A stretch of DNA of 64,000 nt from Syncephalis fuscata S228 (GCA_025786725.1 JAHLTZ010000001.1:372001-436000); one strand, 5' to 3'. Shown: positions 1 to 14,923, counted from the first letter of the stretch. Notes: generated by a model from the sequence alone, not told the origin. A program made the numbers and translations.

Positions 1-2248
1 GACTTGGTAGTGATAATGACATTGGATCCATATCGGATTTACGAAATCGTGACAAAGAGGAAGCTGAACTTGATGCTTGATGTAAGGATAAGCGACGAAT
101 ACGTCGTTGACTATCCAATAACGATGAAACAGATGGTGTAGGTCCAGTTATTGTATACTGAGCTGCTGTGTCTTCATTCTCGTTTAGGATTGTATCAACT
201 GTGTCATCGATCGAGTCATCAAACGGATGTGATCGCTGTTGATCCAGCGATGAACGTGCCGATGAATTAATATGAATTGAATTAGTACGCGATGATTGTT
301 CACGCCGTAAAGAGGTGCTTCTATCGATGGACGTTGAGTATCGTTGACTCATTGCTGAATTTACTCGCATATTTGCACTTTCTTCCTCCATAATAGTTGC
401 ATTGGCCAACGTACTCGAAGCAATTGAACTCGACGATGTACGTCGCATCATATTAACACTTGGTATACCGTGATTCATTATGACATTTGTATTGCCGATT
501 GACGATGCTGAAACTGATGATATTGAAGTTGATGACGGTGTTGCAGTAACAACATTTTTGAGATTTGATTTTAATGTTTGTTCCATAACTTCTTCTTCTA
601 TCTCTTCGTCTTCCGTAACACTGGCTGTTCTAGTATCATCAGCAGAAAAGTATTTTCATCTAATAAAGACGAGTGGCGTCTATGATGTTGTTGTACTGCC
701 AGTGTTGTTTCAGCTGCATCTACTGTACTGCCACCACGTGCGCGAGCACGAGCAAGCCAATCTGCTCGTATAATACGTGTATTTGGATCAGGACTTTGTG
801 TTTGTTCTGTTGCAATTGCTTCTTCTCTTCTTCTACATCTGCTGTAGCTATTGCCATCATTGATATATCAGCGTCTTCATCCATTAAATTCACTGGCTCT
901 AATGGGGGTGTTTTTAAATCTTTAATAACACCAAGTAGTGATTGATATGTGTTTTGTTGATCTAAACCAAGTAATCGATCGGGATTATTGCCAGTAATTG
1001 AATGGCCATCAACAATTCGTGGTGAACGTATAGGTGGCTGTGTAAATGACGCATGATTTGATATAAGCGATGGACGACGATTACTATTGATATGTTTAGT
1101 AGTAGTTGGTGGCGATGGTCATTACTACTACTTGGAGAGAGAGTAGGCACTGATTCATCACTATTACCGCGTCGTTGATGGCCGCGTGGTATCCGCTGGC
1201 TGTCTAAAGACATGGCTGTTAACGATTGTTGTTGTTGTTGTTGTTGTTGCTGCTGCTGCCGCTGCTGTTTTGATGATGCATTATTTTGTCGACTAGTTAT
1301 ACTGACTGGTGTACCTGATCGAGAGGCATGGTGCTCTTCAAAAGAACCTGATGCAGAGCGAGCGCCATTACGCTCAAAAGTAGAAGATTTTGCTGTTGTT
1401 ATTGCTGTTGCATTAGGATCGTTTGTACTGGCTGCACGAAGACGGGCACGTTCTAATGCAGCCGATGCAGCTGCTGACCATCCAGCACGAACATCACCGG
1501 CAATCGATGCAGATCCCATTAACGAGTGGTGTCTGCGATGGCGCGCCATTTCCTTTACACTGTTATTTGCTGATTCATTGCGTACTTCTTGTCGTAGACC
1601 ATCCACCAAACGATCGACGTCAAAATCATCATCAGTATCAATGGTGTCAATAGCGTTTTTAGACAATGTAGTTGGCTTTTTACTATTAGTTGATATAGGT
1701 GGCGATGATTGTTTAGAACTAGAACTAGAGCCAGAGCCAAAGCCAAATCTGCTTCTAACTTCTTTGCTTTGAGGTAATGGTGCAGATGCAGGTCCGCTAT
1801 CGGCCACAGATTGAGTTCGTCGGTGCGAACTTAGTCCAGCATTTTCGGTAACACGCAATCCTGACTTTTGACCAACTGGTGGTGGACGACCGAATCGAGA
1901 GACTTGCGATGACAATGCTTGTAATTTGTTGGTGTCAAGTGGTTCTATCGCTGGCCTTGTAGAAGTAGTACTAGCACGATCCGTATTTTTCGATTCAGCA
2001 TCAGCCTTTGGCTTTGCACGTTCTGAAGTAGAACTGCGTGGTGTGGATATTTTCGATGGTGAATTTGTTGATTTATTTAAACCAAAAGTTCGTTTAATGC
2101 GCGAGCCAAGTTCTGTAGAAGTGCTATTTGTAGAAGACGAGGCGCTTTTAGTGCTGCCTGCCGTACGAGCACGTCCAAATACTGGTGGCTGTTCATAATT
2201 GCTACCTGGTCGCAAGATAGATCGCGGACGAATTTCACCCGACGCCAT
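1..2248 (-). CDS. Ser/Thr/Arg-rich, probably disordered protein with a polyQ tract; 5' part only, runs off the window start
   Basis: ORF 962..2254 with ATG at 2248 (MASGEIRPRS...). Similar low-complexity coding-like sequence continues to position 1 in shifted frames. No recognisable domain. Confidence 0.6.
1226..1268 (-). repeat. CAA/CAG trinucleotide repeat encoding polyQ
   Basis: tgttgttgt...tgctgctgc on the + strand; translates to KQQRQQQQQQQQQQQ. Confidence 0.9.
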
Positions 2249-3831
2249 GGCCAAGTTAACTAAGCCCGTTATGAACAGTGATGGAGTATATGCAGTTAGA
2301 TGCTAAATGGCGTTGTCTGTCGTATGTCGTGTGCACCAGGCATGCGCCGCACGTTACTATACAATCCTAAGAAAAAGCTATATGCGTTCAATATAAAAAG
2401 AATAAGTGAATCAATATAACAAGCTGACGTTAATGAAACACTACGTAGAAGAAAATTCCGTAAAATCACAAATACTGAGCAAAAAGTGGAACGTGAAACA
2501 GAGTAGAAACATGCAATAATCCAAAGCAACACAGATAGAGAACAATACAACAAGATGTAATCGCAAACGAAACGAATAACACGTCAAAAGTAGCGCACCT
2601 GTAACAGTGTCAAAAAGCTACTGTTGCTGTTGCTGTTGCTACCGTCTCGTTGCTATTGTAAGCAATGAGATAAAAAAGACTGGCTATGGCTGTCTTTTAA
2701 GGAAAGTAATAATAAAGATTCCAACAAAAAGTAAACGCACAGTTATACCGACAATAACGTATCGACAAGGAGGCGCGACAGAGAGATGACGGAAGAAAGA
2801 TACGAATACACGCGGTTGCGCGGAGAAAGAAGGTGTAGAGAAGAGGAAAGGTGGTTGGTTGCGGCGGAGATAAAGAAGTAACGCTTGAATATAGGGAAAT
2901 AAGGGGGTGGAGGTGTATAGAAAGGTAGAGGTAGAGAGAGAGAGAGAGTTAGAGAGCAAATAGAAAAGGCGTTGTCAGTGCGACTTCCTCTATACAGGAA
3001 TAAAATGAACCAACTAGTCAAGGTAAGTAGTACGCAGAATGTTGTTTGTATCTTAATAAAGGCCAGTTGCTTATGAGGCTGTTGATAGGTGCTATGTCCA
3101 CACACCACGCATACATATATCTCCTCTATTATTGTGTTCGCGCAGTCATACATGCATATCGGCGTACTAGTTTAACCAGACGGATATGCAGCTCCAGGAG
3201 CTGCGACTCAGCAACAACAACACCTGGAACTGCCCTTATAACAACAATAATAGCAGTGGCAATGATAATAACAGCATTCCGGCTCAACCAGAACAAGCGC
3301 AATTGCGAGGGGTATGTGGAACCTAGCATCTGTGATGTTATGCCTATTGGTGGTGTTACACGTGTGGTGTAAACACCTATCAGAAGTGCATATACAAATA
3401 TAGGAAGGAGCGTAATAAACGGAGTGAAAAACGAGCATGCATGTTGCATAGCATGTAGAATTAACACAACCTAAATACAGGCCCAATAAAGAGCTGAAAA
3501 AGCTCCTATCCACTCATTTGATCAATTGATCGTTGGTAGATGGACGCAAGTGTATGTGTATGCGTGTGTATGAGAGCGAAAGTAGAGGACGCGATAAGGA
3601 TGACGTTATCCAGCCGGTATTAAGAGGCGTATGCCAAGAGCAGCCGGTTATCTGAGGAATAGTAGCTTACCTTGTCACAAGTAGAATAAACACAGCAGAT
3701 TAGTGTCAAGCCTATGCGGAATAGTGGCAATTGAGACGTGGCTAACAAGAATTAATAAAAACAATGTAAATGAATGTTAGAATAAGTGAATGGTAGTGAA
3801 CACGATAAGTAGGAAAGTGGAGTATATAGAT

Positions 3832-3834
<3 letters not shown>

Positions 3835-3865
<31 letters not shown>
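3835..3865. repeat. (GA)n microsatellite
   Basis: Run of about 15 AG units visible directly. Confidence 0.95.
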
Positions 3866-3870
<5 letters not shown>

Positions 3871-6595
3871 GCAATAGAAGAGAGACAATAGAAAAGAAAT
3901 AAGAGAGAGAAGAGATTGAAAGTAAGTAACAAGTTACAGGACGTATTACTTAGTAGAAGCTAGTAACAGAGAGAAAAAGAAAAGTAAGTATATGACGGCG
4001 AATATATTGGATGGGCAATAGTTGACCGCTGTCTATACACGGTGTATGTGTAAGTTGTGTGGGAGTAAACCAATCGACGGAGATTAAATTATTGCCACAC
4101 TATGTAAATGGTAAAGGCAAGAGAACAAAGGCAGTTGCGCTGTAAATGGATCAATGAATGGATAGACAGGTATATTAGATGTAAACCAGCAATGGTGATT
4201 ATTGTAATAAACAAACTATAAAGTGGCAAGTGACAAACAAGATGCGATAAGCTAATACACACCATGCAATGAATATAACTGAATAAAGATAAATTACTAA
4301 AGATTTAAACAGGTCGGTAATATATACTGTTTTACGACGATCACAACATGTATATATATATATCACGTGGAGAGTACAATAATAGACGGGATTAGGAAAG
4401 CGCAAAGATCGTCATAATGGTAAGATTGTACTTGGACTTACCTGTAGCATAGGACGAGTAAAATCAAAGATAAGTACAATGGATAGCAGTAAAAGAATAA
4501 AAAGAATGAACAACAAGCAAGTTATACTAAATAATAGATCAAATAGAATAAATAGTTTGATTTATCTTGGTCAGTGGTGGCAATATCGTCGTCATAGTCT
4601 TTGTCGTCAACGTCACCGTCACCGTCACCGTCACTTTTATCCTAATGGCTCTTATGAACCAGGAATAGCCAAGATATTGCCGTCTGTGAGCAATAATAAA
4701 AGGGGCAAAGGTGGTGGCGGTAATAGTGCAATAGGAATGGCACTAAGTGCAAGGATGATAGTGTCAATAGTAGTAACAGTGGCAGTGGCAGTGGCAGTGT
4801 AATGATCCCTTTACCAAAGGAGACCTGTCATGCCAGTGTGATCATGAGTGTCATAGACAATGAGGTTGCTGTTGTTCTAGGATGCACAACAGCACTACTC
4901 AGCTGACTTCAAGCATGCATTTGCAATGAAAGGGGAGTTGCCTGTGAAATGATCGGTCTATCAACCGCACTACACTACACCAACAACATGCTATGGGTTG
5001 GATGTGAATTGGCGTGTTTAATGGTTATAATAAGTAAAATAGTAATAACTAGCCTTGTTACTATATTAATACTAAAGAAATGCACATGTAATGCAATAAA
5101 CAGTCATAAACAGCATAACAATGCATATGGCTGTGCAATAACAGCGTAAATATGCACTGACCCATCACAGGAAAGAGGAAATAAACCTGTAACCATGGTG
5201 TTTATAGTTGTTTATAATCACTCCATTACTCTTTATAATGTCATCAATATTTATATTATTATTTTCATTATTATTATTATTATTGTCATTATTATTACTT
5301 ATCATGAAGTGGCTGTTAAGCAATAAATACTATGATATAGACCATAGTATGATTTATTGCAATAATATATCATAGTATAATATATATATCATTTATACAG
5401 GCCTCACGTATTCAAAAAAAATAGTGTTCATGTGATTAATCATGCATAAAATTCGTTGCAAAGGTATCGTCAACAATAATATCATAGTGTAACTCAATAA
5501 TGTGTTTATCATCAAAGGTGGGGAGGGGGAGAATGGAGTACTTATAAAAAACCTACCTTGTATTTTGCTTGATTTATAACTAATTAAAATGATTGTGTAT
5601 ATTGGTAAAGGTAGTTTGAATAGTGCAAATCAATAGTTTGTCAAAGTTTTGTGTAAAGTTCAAAAGTACGCAATGTCAATAACGCACTTTTACAGATGTA
5701 AAAATTAGCGGGAGATATTGTCACAAAAATGGACAACGGACCAGCCAATAAAAATTAGAAAGTATAACGATGAATTTCAGTTAATAAAAGAATGGGTTTA
5801 AATAAGCTGTTGCTTAAATATTCAAAAGAGACGAATGCAGATAGAGGGAAAGAAATAGGAAAGACAAGAATGTATTTGAAAAGATGGCAGCCTAAAGAAT
5901 AGATGAATATCAAACAAGGGTGCAGTTACCGCTTGAAGATGTAATTAAACAATAAGCTTAAACTGACCGGATATTCAATGGAAGGAAAGATGGCAATGGA
6001 AGGGACTTAATGGAAGAATAACAGTGTGAACAACTTGCCGAAATTCATAAACTTGTTTGTCTAAACACACTACACGTGAAATTGATTAATGTTAAAATCA
6101 TGTGGCTGGATGAAGTGACAAGTGCTGCCAATACACTGTTAAATACTATGTAATATTCAATACATTTACACTAGTCTGCGATGGCAACGTAATGAGCTAT
6201 TGCAAATGCTGCAATATCATTATTGCAGATATAATACTACTGCTTGACAACGACCGCAGCGACGACGATTGCACCGGTCGGTGACCAAGTAGTGTTTGAA
6301 TAAAATGGTAAATACAATGACACATGCTAATCATGCGGTTGCATGGTCGCGTGGAAAGCGCAGTAATCTTAATTATAGTTCATGTGGAGACAGTAATTAA
6401 TTGCAATGCCAATATTAATTGCGAGGATTTAGTGACAATAAAAATATGTCGTCTCAAATGGCTTGAATAATAAACAGTGATGGAAACAAGAAATTACACA
6501 TAATAAACAGTATTATCATTAAATGGGTTATTAATCAGGAATAATATATATTTATGCTTTGCTATGTGTATCTAATTACTAGGCCGAAGTGGCAA

Positions 6596-9500
6596 CTACA
6601 TAATGACAGCTTGTTGGCTATTTGCTTCACCAAGCAAAGTAGGATTATTTTGACTGGCAAATGAAGCGGCACCCGTTTGACTAAAATCAAACTGAGCTGT
6701 ATTGATTACGGTAATTACGGGCGAGACCCATTCGTCGTAGCTTGTCTCGCTTCTCATATCAGAGAAAATACTACAAACGAGCAATCGGATATAGTATTTT
6801 CCTGGCAATGCCTGTTTTACAGGACCATCAACCTGGCCAAATGCTGATGCCATTTGAATGTTGCCGTCCCAGAAGCCAACATTATTGCCTTCTATACCTG
6901 CGCCGCTTTGCTCGACTTGTTTATAGTCAAAGTTGGGCATGTAACCAAGCACCTTTTTTGTATTGGCATCGAGGATTTGGGCCAAGACACGCATGCTAGG
7001 ATGTGCCAAACGGAACACAAACATAGGTCTCTTATCAACATCAATAGCAAGACTGTCGCCACTCCAATCGATAGAGTTGACTCCTTTTACTAATTGCCCA
7101 ACTTTGGGTGCAAATTTACCGCTTTGAATCATTGGAATGGCATTCATATCGCCGAAATAAGACTGGTAAACCATTTGACGAATGATCTTTCGTCCATTAA
7201 GTTTATCTACAATCGTACAGCGAATATAGCCGCTATACACGTAGAATTCATTTGGATTAAGACCTCGTGGCGGTGACACGGTCACGTCAATTTCTTTATA
7301 CATTGAGGGAGGACTTGATGAATCGTCGCTCGACTGGGTCATTTGATTCTCCTTAATAGTGAATGATGATTCGGACAGTTTGACTTTTGCTTTAGCATTG
7401 CTATAATATGGCTCCACTTCCTTGTGATTCTTCCACTTGGAGACAGTCACGGCACCAAAGTGTTCTAAACTGGCCCGTCCAGTGACATTGCTGATTCGAA
7501 TATTAAACTTGAAACTATTAACCGTACTTTCATCGTTGGTGAGGGGGAAAGTTCGAACTGGATTGGTAATAATAGCATCGCGATAGTTGATATAATTTGA
7601 ATCCCTGGCTCTTACTCGGCCTACACCTTGTCGAATGGTCGGGATAATAGCATTTTCGTCAAGTATCCCGTCCATCCATTTGGGTGCCTTTACCATGGTG
7701 CCAGTCTGCAAGATAGCATCTCTGAAGGCAGCAACCGTTTCGTTTGGCGATAGGCCGGCAAACGTGGATGCAATCATACCAGCAGCTAGACCACTAATGT
7801 GTGGTGCAGCCATACTTGTACCACTGAGTGTTTTCCAGCTACCGAGTGCCACAGGATAAGTGCTAATAATGAATCCGCCAGTAGCAGTAACTTCTGGTTT
7901 TACTTGTCTAAGATCAATTGATGGACCCCAAGACGAATATTGATAGATAGAATCCGAATTGGGATTGTCTAGACGAACTCGCTCGCGTTGCCATATTATG
8001 GTTGGTGGAGATGATTTTCTCTTTTTAAGATATCTTCGCAGATTATTGCCAGTATCGATATCGACCGCAATAACTGGAATATTTATTCCGGTGGAGTTGG
8101 TATCCAATTTGTCCATAGAGCCAACTGTATCGTGGATAATAACACCAGCTGCGCCGGTTTTTTGTGCATTAAGAATCTATCAATACAGTATTAATATAAT
8201 GTAAAGTTTCACGCCATTCGACCGCTTACCTTTACCGAAAATTCACATTCACCTCGATCTAGAATAACAAATGAGTTGGTATAGTTTCCAGTGAAGCTAC
8301 TACAGCCATTTTGCATATCTGGATCATCATTGGCTATATCAATAACCTTCCATCTGTCGTTCTCGCGTACTTTTACAAAATTCGAGGCCGAATATGCTGA
8401 ATGAACAATAAATGATTAGAACACTGTCTTGCATTAACTAAAGTTACTTACGGAATTGCATTTTGTTTTGATTACCAGAAAGCATAAATATATTGGCTGA
8501 AATTCGATTAGAATCGACTGCAGCAACGGCAATTACACCTGCTGCCGTTGCTGGAGAACTAATACCAAACATGCCATTCATACCATCATTGCCCGCAGAT
8601 GCTACAATAATAATACCTCGCTCGACTAGAAATTGCGCCATACGTGATTCCGGAGAGCTGGGCCAATTCTTCTTGAAACCCAACGATAGATTAATCACTT
8701 GCATGCCATCCTGGGCGGCCTTTTCCATAGCAGCTAAAAAGACCTGAACACCACCAACACCTTGACAGCCTAATACACGATAGGCACCAATACGAGCCTT
8801 AGGTGCCAGTCCAGTAAAATTTGATGCTTCACCGGCAATAATACCGGCCACATGTGTACCGTGGCCATAGCACGTATCCATTGGGTCAGGACGTGGCTGT
8901 GGCTTATTCCTACCGTTGTAATTATTGCCAACAAAGTCGTATCCCCATCCAATTTTGCAATCACCACCAAAACAACCACCAAGTGCTGGATGATTATAAT
9001 CGACACCCGTATCAACGATACCGATCTTTACACCTTCCCCTTGTGAGCCGGTGTTATAGACTTGTGGCTTTAGACCTTTGAGGTCTCCACCGTTACTAAG
9101 GATACTTTTTTCTTTTTTTGCTCGACGTTCCAGTAGCGGCCTCTTTGCCCGACCACCCGTATTGCCAATGCCACCATTCGCATCTTCTTCTACAACAATA
9201 GATGGTGCTTGAATTAATCCCTAATAATAACAATAACAACAATTGTTAAATTATAATTTACATTTTGACTACCAATAGTAATTACCGTGGGCCAAATGTT
9301 TTTGACAATGTCCAAAGAAGCCAGTCCTTGGACATTTTGGCAATTGTCATCAAACTCAACAGACAGTCCATTCATACCAATAGCGTACGTGTGTTGTACA
9401 GTTACACCGCTGATCTTTTTGGCTTGAACTAGAAACGCATCACGCTGCATTTGTGCCTCAGTAGTTTCTGGCTTCGCCATTAACTCAACAATATATGCAC

Positions 9501-9654
9501 AAGGAACTGATTCGCGGTTGCGTAAATTAGTGCCGACATTAACGGACAACATCTTGGTTGACTCAAAAAGTTTAGGTGGACTATGAAATTGACCAGCATA
9601 AACAACTGAGCCAAAAATGGCCAAAACGCCGATCATACACTTTGATCCAACCAT
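6596..9654 (-). CDS. Secreted subtilisin-like S8 serine protease (signal peptide, I9-like prodomain, PA insertion, C-terminal Fn3-like region); about 4 exons
   Basis: Hydrophobic N-terminus; catalytic triad motifs IVDTG (~9010), HGTHVAG (~8855) and GTSMAAP (~7810); YNHPALGGCFG, SAGNDG and SSWGP; GT-AG introns near 9284-9221, 8449-8397 and 8229-8177. Confidence 0.93.
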
Positions 9655-10325
9655 GATATTTGCATAGATTATAACTCAAATAATGAAAGTTGCTGTTGCA
9701 CTAAAATATAAATGTTACTAGTAAAATAAACTATGCCATTAACCGCACAGCGATTAAGTAGATGCAATAAAGACGAGGAAAAGATAATTAGGAATGGAGC
9801 GTAGTACTCAGCTGTTACCAAGTTTAAATATATGTTTATTGTAAATAACCGGAATAAAAAAACACGTTTGTGTTGTCTATGCCGTGTTTCATGGCTTCAT
9901 TTGGTAATTGATATGAGCCATTGCTGAAATATCGACAGAGTATACTTGATTATCAAGTCAGTAATTGGCATTGAAATACGAGATTTATTGATATAAATAG
10001 GCATGCATATGATTTACGGAGTTGGTGTTTTGATACAAGTCCTCCAACCTGGCCAATCTAACATACAAATTAGCCATTATCTGGCAATGGCTGGTTTCAG
10101 TAGTGGTTTCATCAGTAGTTGGTTAATCATTGCCAACCAATCGAGACTTAGTGGATAACATTTGAAATTGTTTATATCAGTAAGAATGTTGCTTTAATTG
10201 TTAATTATTAATCATTCCATACAAATGATGCCAAACCATAGGAATAGGCCAAGAAAGATATGTACCAGTGCTAAGGCACAATCCAGCTTGACCGTTACTT
10301 ATGTTTACATCCCTCTCACCGGCAT

Positions 10326-11191
10326 TTAAACCGGCAACTTGAACCGCTGTCCCTTAAGCACACTGTAAATAAATAGTGTTAGTTGGTTAGACAAAGCATT
10401 CTCACTACAGTAATTATAATGATACATACCGTGTAAAGTAGATATAGAAAAAGTCGCAATAAAGTCCTGTTTGCACGATACCTGCCACCACTGAGATACC
10501 ATCAACGTGGCCCTCTGTTTGATAGCGATAAATCCAGTTGACAATATATAACGCACGATAAGCTCCCAGAGCAAATAAATAGTGCGTTGTAATGGTTTCT
10601 GCCTCGCCAGTACGTTGTAGCTGCAAAAGCTGTGGCAAAATCGCTACCATTTCAAGATAAATCGAATAGGTCCATAGTGTCTAAATTGTTTCATACATAA
10701 AACCAGTCCTTAGCATTAGCCTATCTGCTCGCTATACATGCCAGTCATAGATATGCCCACATGGCATAGCCGCTATCTACGTTGCTATTGTCTAAAGGCT
10801 TGGCTGACTGTCATTCGGCTGATCTGACATGATTACGTACCTCAATAACTGTATATTTGTGAGTGAAGACAAGTGCCAATACAGCAGCACCACCTAATAG
10901 GAATTCCCAGCGAAAAGCGTCCAAATGCTTATTGTACGTTTCTTTCAGTGGACCTAGCATCATGTAGAGAATATAGGCTGCCGAAGCAATAAAGAATAGC
11001 TTCATAAACGTATTGTATATTGACACGAAATGCGTAAATAAATCCAAATAGCGTGTAACAAATACGATCAGATACAACGCCTGCGTCTTGAAGGATATAC
11101 CAGCACATGAACGTGAGGTAAACATTTTCAGCAACAGGATCAAAATAGACCCAAGATGCATAAGGTCTGCTACAAGACGAAAAATGTTCAT
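10326..11191 (-). CDS. ERD2: ER lumen protein-retaining (HDEL/KDEL) receptor, 3 exons
   Basis: [45 protein letters not shown] and [13 protein letters not shown]; C-terminus [11 protein letters not shown]. Confidence 0.97.
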
Positions 11192-11538
11192 GGTGACTAA
11201 ATCAAAAAGTGCTACTTGTTAAATGCAAAAAAACAGAGTCCTTTCTGGACTGGCTGCTAGCTGTTAGTTGATGGAGGATAGAAGACGGTAATTCAGTAAG
11301 AAACGGCCAGTTCTGGAAGGAATACGCAATGGTGAAAGGCGTGCCAGCTAACAAACTAACTTAAAGGAATAACAACAATTTATTTATCGCAGTGTTGTGT
11401 GTCGTGTTAACACGATCAACCATCAAGCCAGTTGGCATGTTTTGATTGGACCAATTTAGATAGGAACCCGCATAAACATATTGGATCTAGCCAATTTGTA
11501 ACAGATTTATTTTATATAAATAAGCTAGACATAATGGT

Positions 11539-13838
11539 CTAAACATGACTCGATGGTGATGGCGATAATAGTGATAAATGATACTCGGCTGAGTGTTCTT
11601 GCCCGTGAGTTGTTGGTGAGGTGTTGCTGGGTGAGTTGACGACACATGATGGCGATGAGGTGCGAAAATTACGTTTCAAACCGAACTTTAGACTAGACAC
11701 GCTGGTGTTAGGTGTGGTGGTGACAGCTACGAAACCAACAGCAGTTGAAGAGAACGATGGAAACATCATTTTTGTAATGGTAGTCTGGCTTGAAGGCGAA
11801 TTGGACCAACGTTTTGAACTTGATGGATTGGATTGCCGTAATTCCAATAAACGCACTTCGTTTTCAACATATCTACTGCCGCAGCTCTTATCTTCTTCTT
11901 GCTTTGATAATTCTATCTGAATACGAAGTGTTTGTGAATTGTTATTTAGGCCAATTGAGGTTTTTTTTCGTTTACTGCTCTTGTGACGGACTTTGAACCA
12001 GATTCGTGGCGACTTGATCTGTCGTCTTCAAACATGTCATGCTCTGCCGATTGCCTATTGTGATGTGAAATAAAGTTAAATTCTCCAGCAGTACTATTGC
12101 TATTGCAATATTCTTTTGGCTCTTCATTTAATAGATTTGAAATTGGAAGCTCAGTAGAACTTGGCTTTAGCGATGGTAAAGAATAGGCTATAATGGATAT
12201 TGGAGATGATGCCGATAATGACGACAACGATGACGACGACGAATGTCGGTTATTGATATCGCTATTGTTCCATTTCCTTGAAAGAAGTGCTTGAGATACT
12301 ACGCGACCATTGATACATTCAGTACTATCGTATATTGTAGTACTTGTCATCATAGGCATTGTATGTGCATTTGGCGGCATAATATAACTTGGCCGATTTT
12401 GTCGTACATTCCGTGTAATATTTTGTTGCTGTTGTTGTTGGCTGTCTTTTTGTCCAGCACGTTTAAGCTGAAGATCAATTAAATACGATCCAATTGGCCC
12501 TACATTTAAACATTAGTATAAAGCGTAATAATAATAATCAAGATGGACTGCTTTACTTACATGCAATGATAAACGCCAAAGATGATAAATCACCCCACAG
12601 TTCCCAGTAGACAACGGCAGCGCAATAAAGATTTGCTACATTAACGAAAAAAGCATAAAACGCACCATCTTGCACCAATTGATCGTAAATACGATCAGGT
12701 TCCATTGGTAGAGCATTAATTTTGACAGATAGCCGAGGCGCCTGTGCCATTACATATTGGGAATGATAACGCGTCGCCGAGGATAAACGGTTGTTTTCAG
12801 GAGCAAACCTTACTGTAGGTGCTAGATATCGACTGGCTTCGACTGCATTACTACTGTATCGCCGTGATGTATCCAGTACACGACTATGCCTATGAGATGA
12901 AGATAGTGATAGGTGGGATATGTTATTAGTATTAGAATAAATGGTGCCAATGTCATTCTTGTTTTCATGGCTAGTGGAATTATCGCTACTGTGATGTTAG
13001 TGATATCATCATTGCTCATTTCACTGGACAAAGAGAGTGATATTCTGGATGCTACGCTGGAACCGGGTTGTTGCGACGGTTGTAATTGTAATGTCGCCGC
13101 TTTTTTAGGTGCAGGATAGGTGATACACTGTAAATGGATCGACGATTGGATTGTGGGCTATGGGGCGGTGAAACTTCTATAAGGCGTGGTGGAATGTTGT
13201 GATTTGAGACACGCTGAGCATCAGACCAAAGTTTGCTTTGTTGCAAAACTGGAAGAATAAAACAAAAAGATAAAAAGATATTTTGACTATATATAGATAT
13301 GTAGGTTAATCAGTGTGTATTTTGTAAAAATTAAATCTTACATTACATCAGCACAGACACGCAAAATTAAAGCGAATGAGCTAACAGATGAGGTGATACA
13401 TGTGTTCCATGGGGAAACGGCCACCGTATTGGTGACAGTAGTAAGTGCAAATGCCAATAGTCGAAATAATTCAAGTGCAGCGCCGATGGCTAACATGGGA
13501 CGCCAGCGTCGATTTGCATAGTATGCCTTAAGCAATAGAACACCATCAAGACAAGCGGTACCAAGAAATGAGCCTATCATATATATACCAATAACGAGCT
13601 CGCATTCTTTTGGAATGTATAACTGTGCAAGTAAAAGACAGAATATACAGAATCCAATAATGGCCTGGGCCGCATGGAATACATTGGTAAGTCGCCGACG
13701 TACCCATGCTCGTGGTAGGGCATTTTGAATGTTAGATAGAAAGATAATTACAATTAGCGTAGTAATAATAGACGAAAGCATGCTTTGATTCCAGAATCCA
13801 CGTGTAAAAGAGTATTCCTTGGGCAGACTTGAAAACAT
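11539..13838 (-). CDS. Putative seven-transmembrane GPCR-like protein with a long third intracellular loop and Ser-rich C-tail; 2 introns and some frameshifts
   Basis: Joining the ORF pieces across GT-AG introns (~13341-13287 and ~12560-12500) gives 7 hydrophobic segments, with Cys before TM3 (KECE) and in ECL2 (NTCIT). TM6-7 read GAFYAFFVNVANLYCAAVVYW...LAFIIAWPIGSYLI. Confidence 0.6.
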
Positions 13839-14923
13839 AATTAATGATGCTATGTTATAGATGGTGTAGACGGTCAACGGCAACACAGCAAGAATGCAAA
13901 AATACTAATTTAAATACTTGTAGGAATGTTAATGGCAGCAAAGAATGTAGAATATTAAAAGGAATCAAAGTAATAATAAAGTGTATTTGGTTTTATTATT
14001 GTGGTGACTGTGCTTTATAAACGCTTTTGCATCATTTAGACATGTCGAGCAAGGTAAGTTCAAGGAATCTTTGTCTTTGTAGGAGTGGGAATAAATGAAT
14101 AGTTGCCGAGTTTCACTGTTCTATTTCTTAATGGCATAGAATATCAGCTGAAGGGAATATATGCAAGCGTATGTACAATCGATTACTAGTGCTTGGATAG
14201 ATAGTTGACCATGTTACAAAACCTAGTGACCTTGTGCAAGTCGTGAGAAATAAACTATTGATAGTGCATGAAACAGGTACATTTGTCGTATAGAATAGTC
14301 CGGTAATGACTATTCACTATTACGATTGTAATTAGAATTAAAAGATTTGTTTTATTTACAATTAATTGTTACGATGGTACATACTACTGTTGCAAGCGTA
14401 TATTAGTTCAACTAATGCGTTGCATTTTCGTAAGTTGGTGTTATTTGCTAATTTGGGTTATTATCAATATACTATAAATTTCACAACATTTTATTTATAC
14501 AAATATGGTTATATTTAGTACAAGCATAAAACAACTGTTAAGAAAAGACTATTAGTACACGTATTGATTGAATAAGTAAAAATCAAAATACCACAACTAA
14601 TCAGTGATTAGCAGAGCTCAGTTAAAGACGATCAAGCAGTTTGTAAACCAGCCAACAGCTATTACATAATAATAATAAATTATTGACGGGCATCTAGTGC
14701 ATCAAACTAATGCATACGATTTTGTCGCTTTATAACAACCTTTATAATTTATTATTATATATCTATTATTATTTCAATTAATTATAAACGCTAATTTGCT
14801 GTTTAATATTAACTTATCATTACTAAACAATGCTATAGTTTACTATTTCTATTTCTACTGATCTGCTGTTAAACAGCTATCAGCGTGATTTATTAAATAA
14901 AATACATGCTAAGTAATGCCATG

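Noticed and set aside
1212-1772. Plus-strand ORF with a poly-Cys run
   Set aside because: It is the antisense reading of the polyQ repeat in the minus-strand gene.
2296-5149. Multiple short ORFs on both strands
   Set aside because: Low-complexity translations with no motifs, consistent with UTR or intergenic sequence.
9095-9110. GTATCCTT on the minus strand, resembling a U12 donor (similar matches near 11090 and 62326)
   Set aside because: Each lies in an uninterrupted reading frame (KSILS, GISFK, YNILT), so no intron is needed.
10681-10840. Longer-than-usual ERD2 intron with a small hairpin, a possible snoRNA host
   Set aside because: No convincing C/D or H/ACA box arrangement could be identified by eye.
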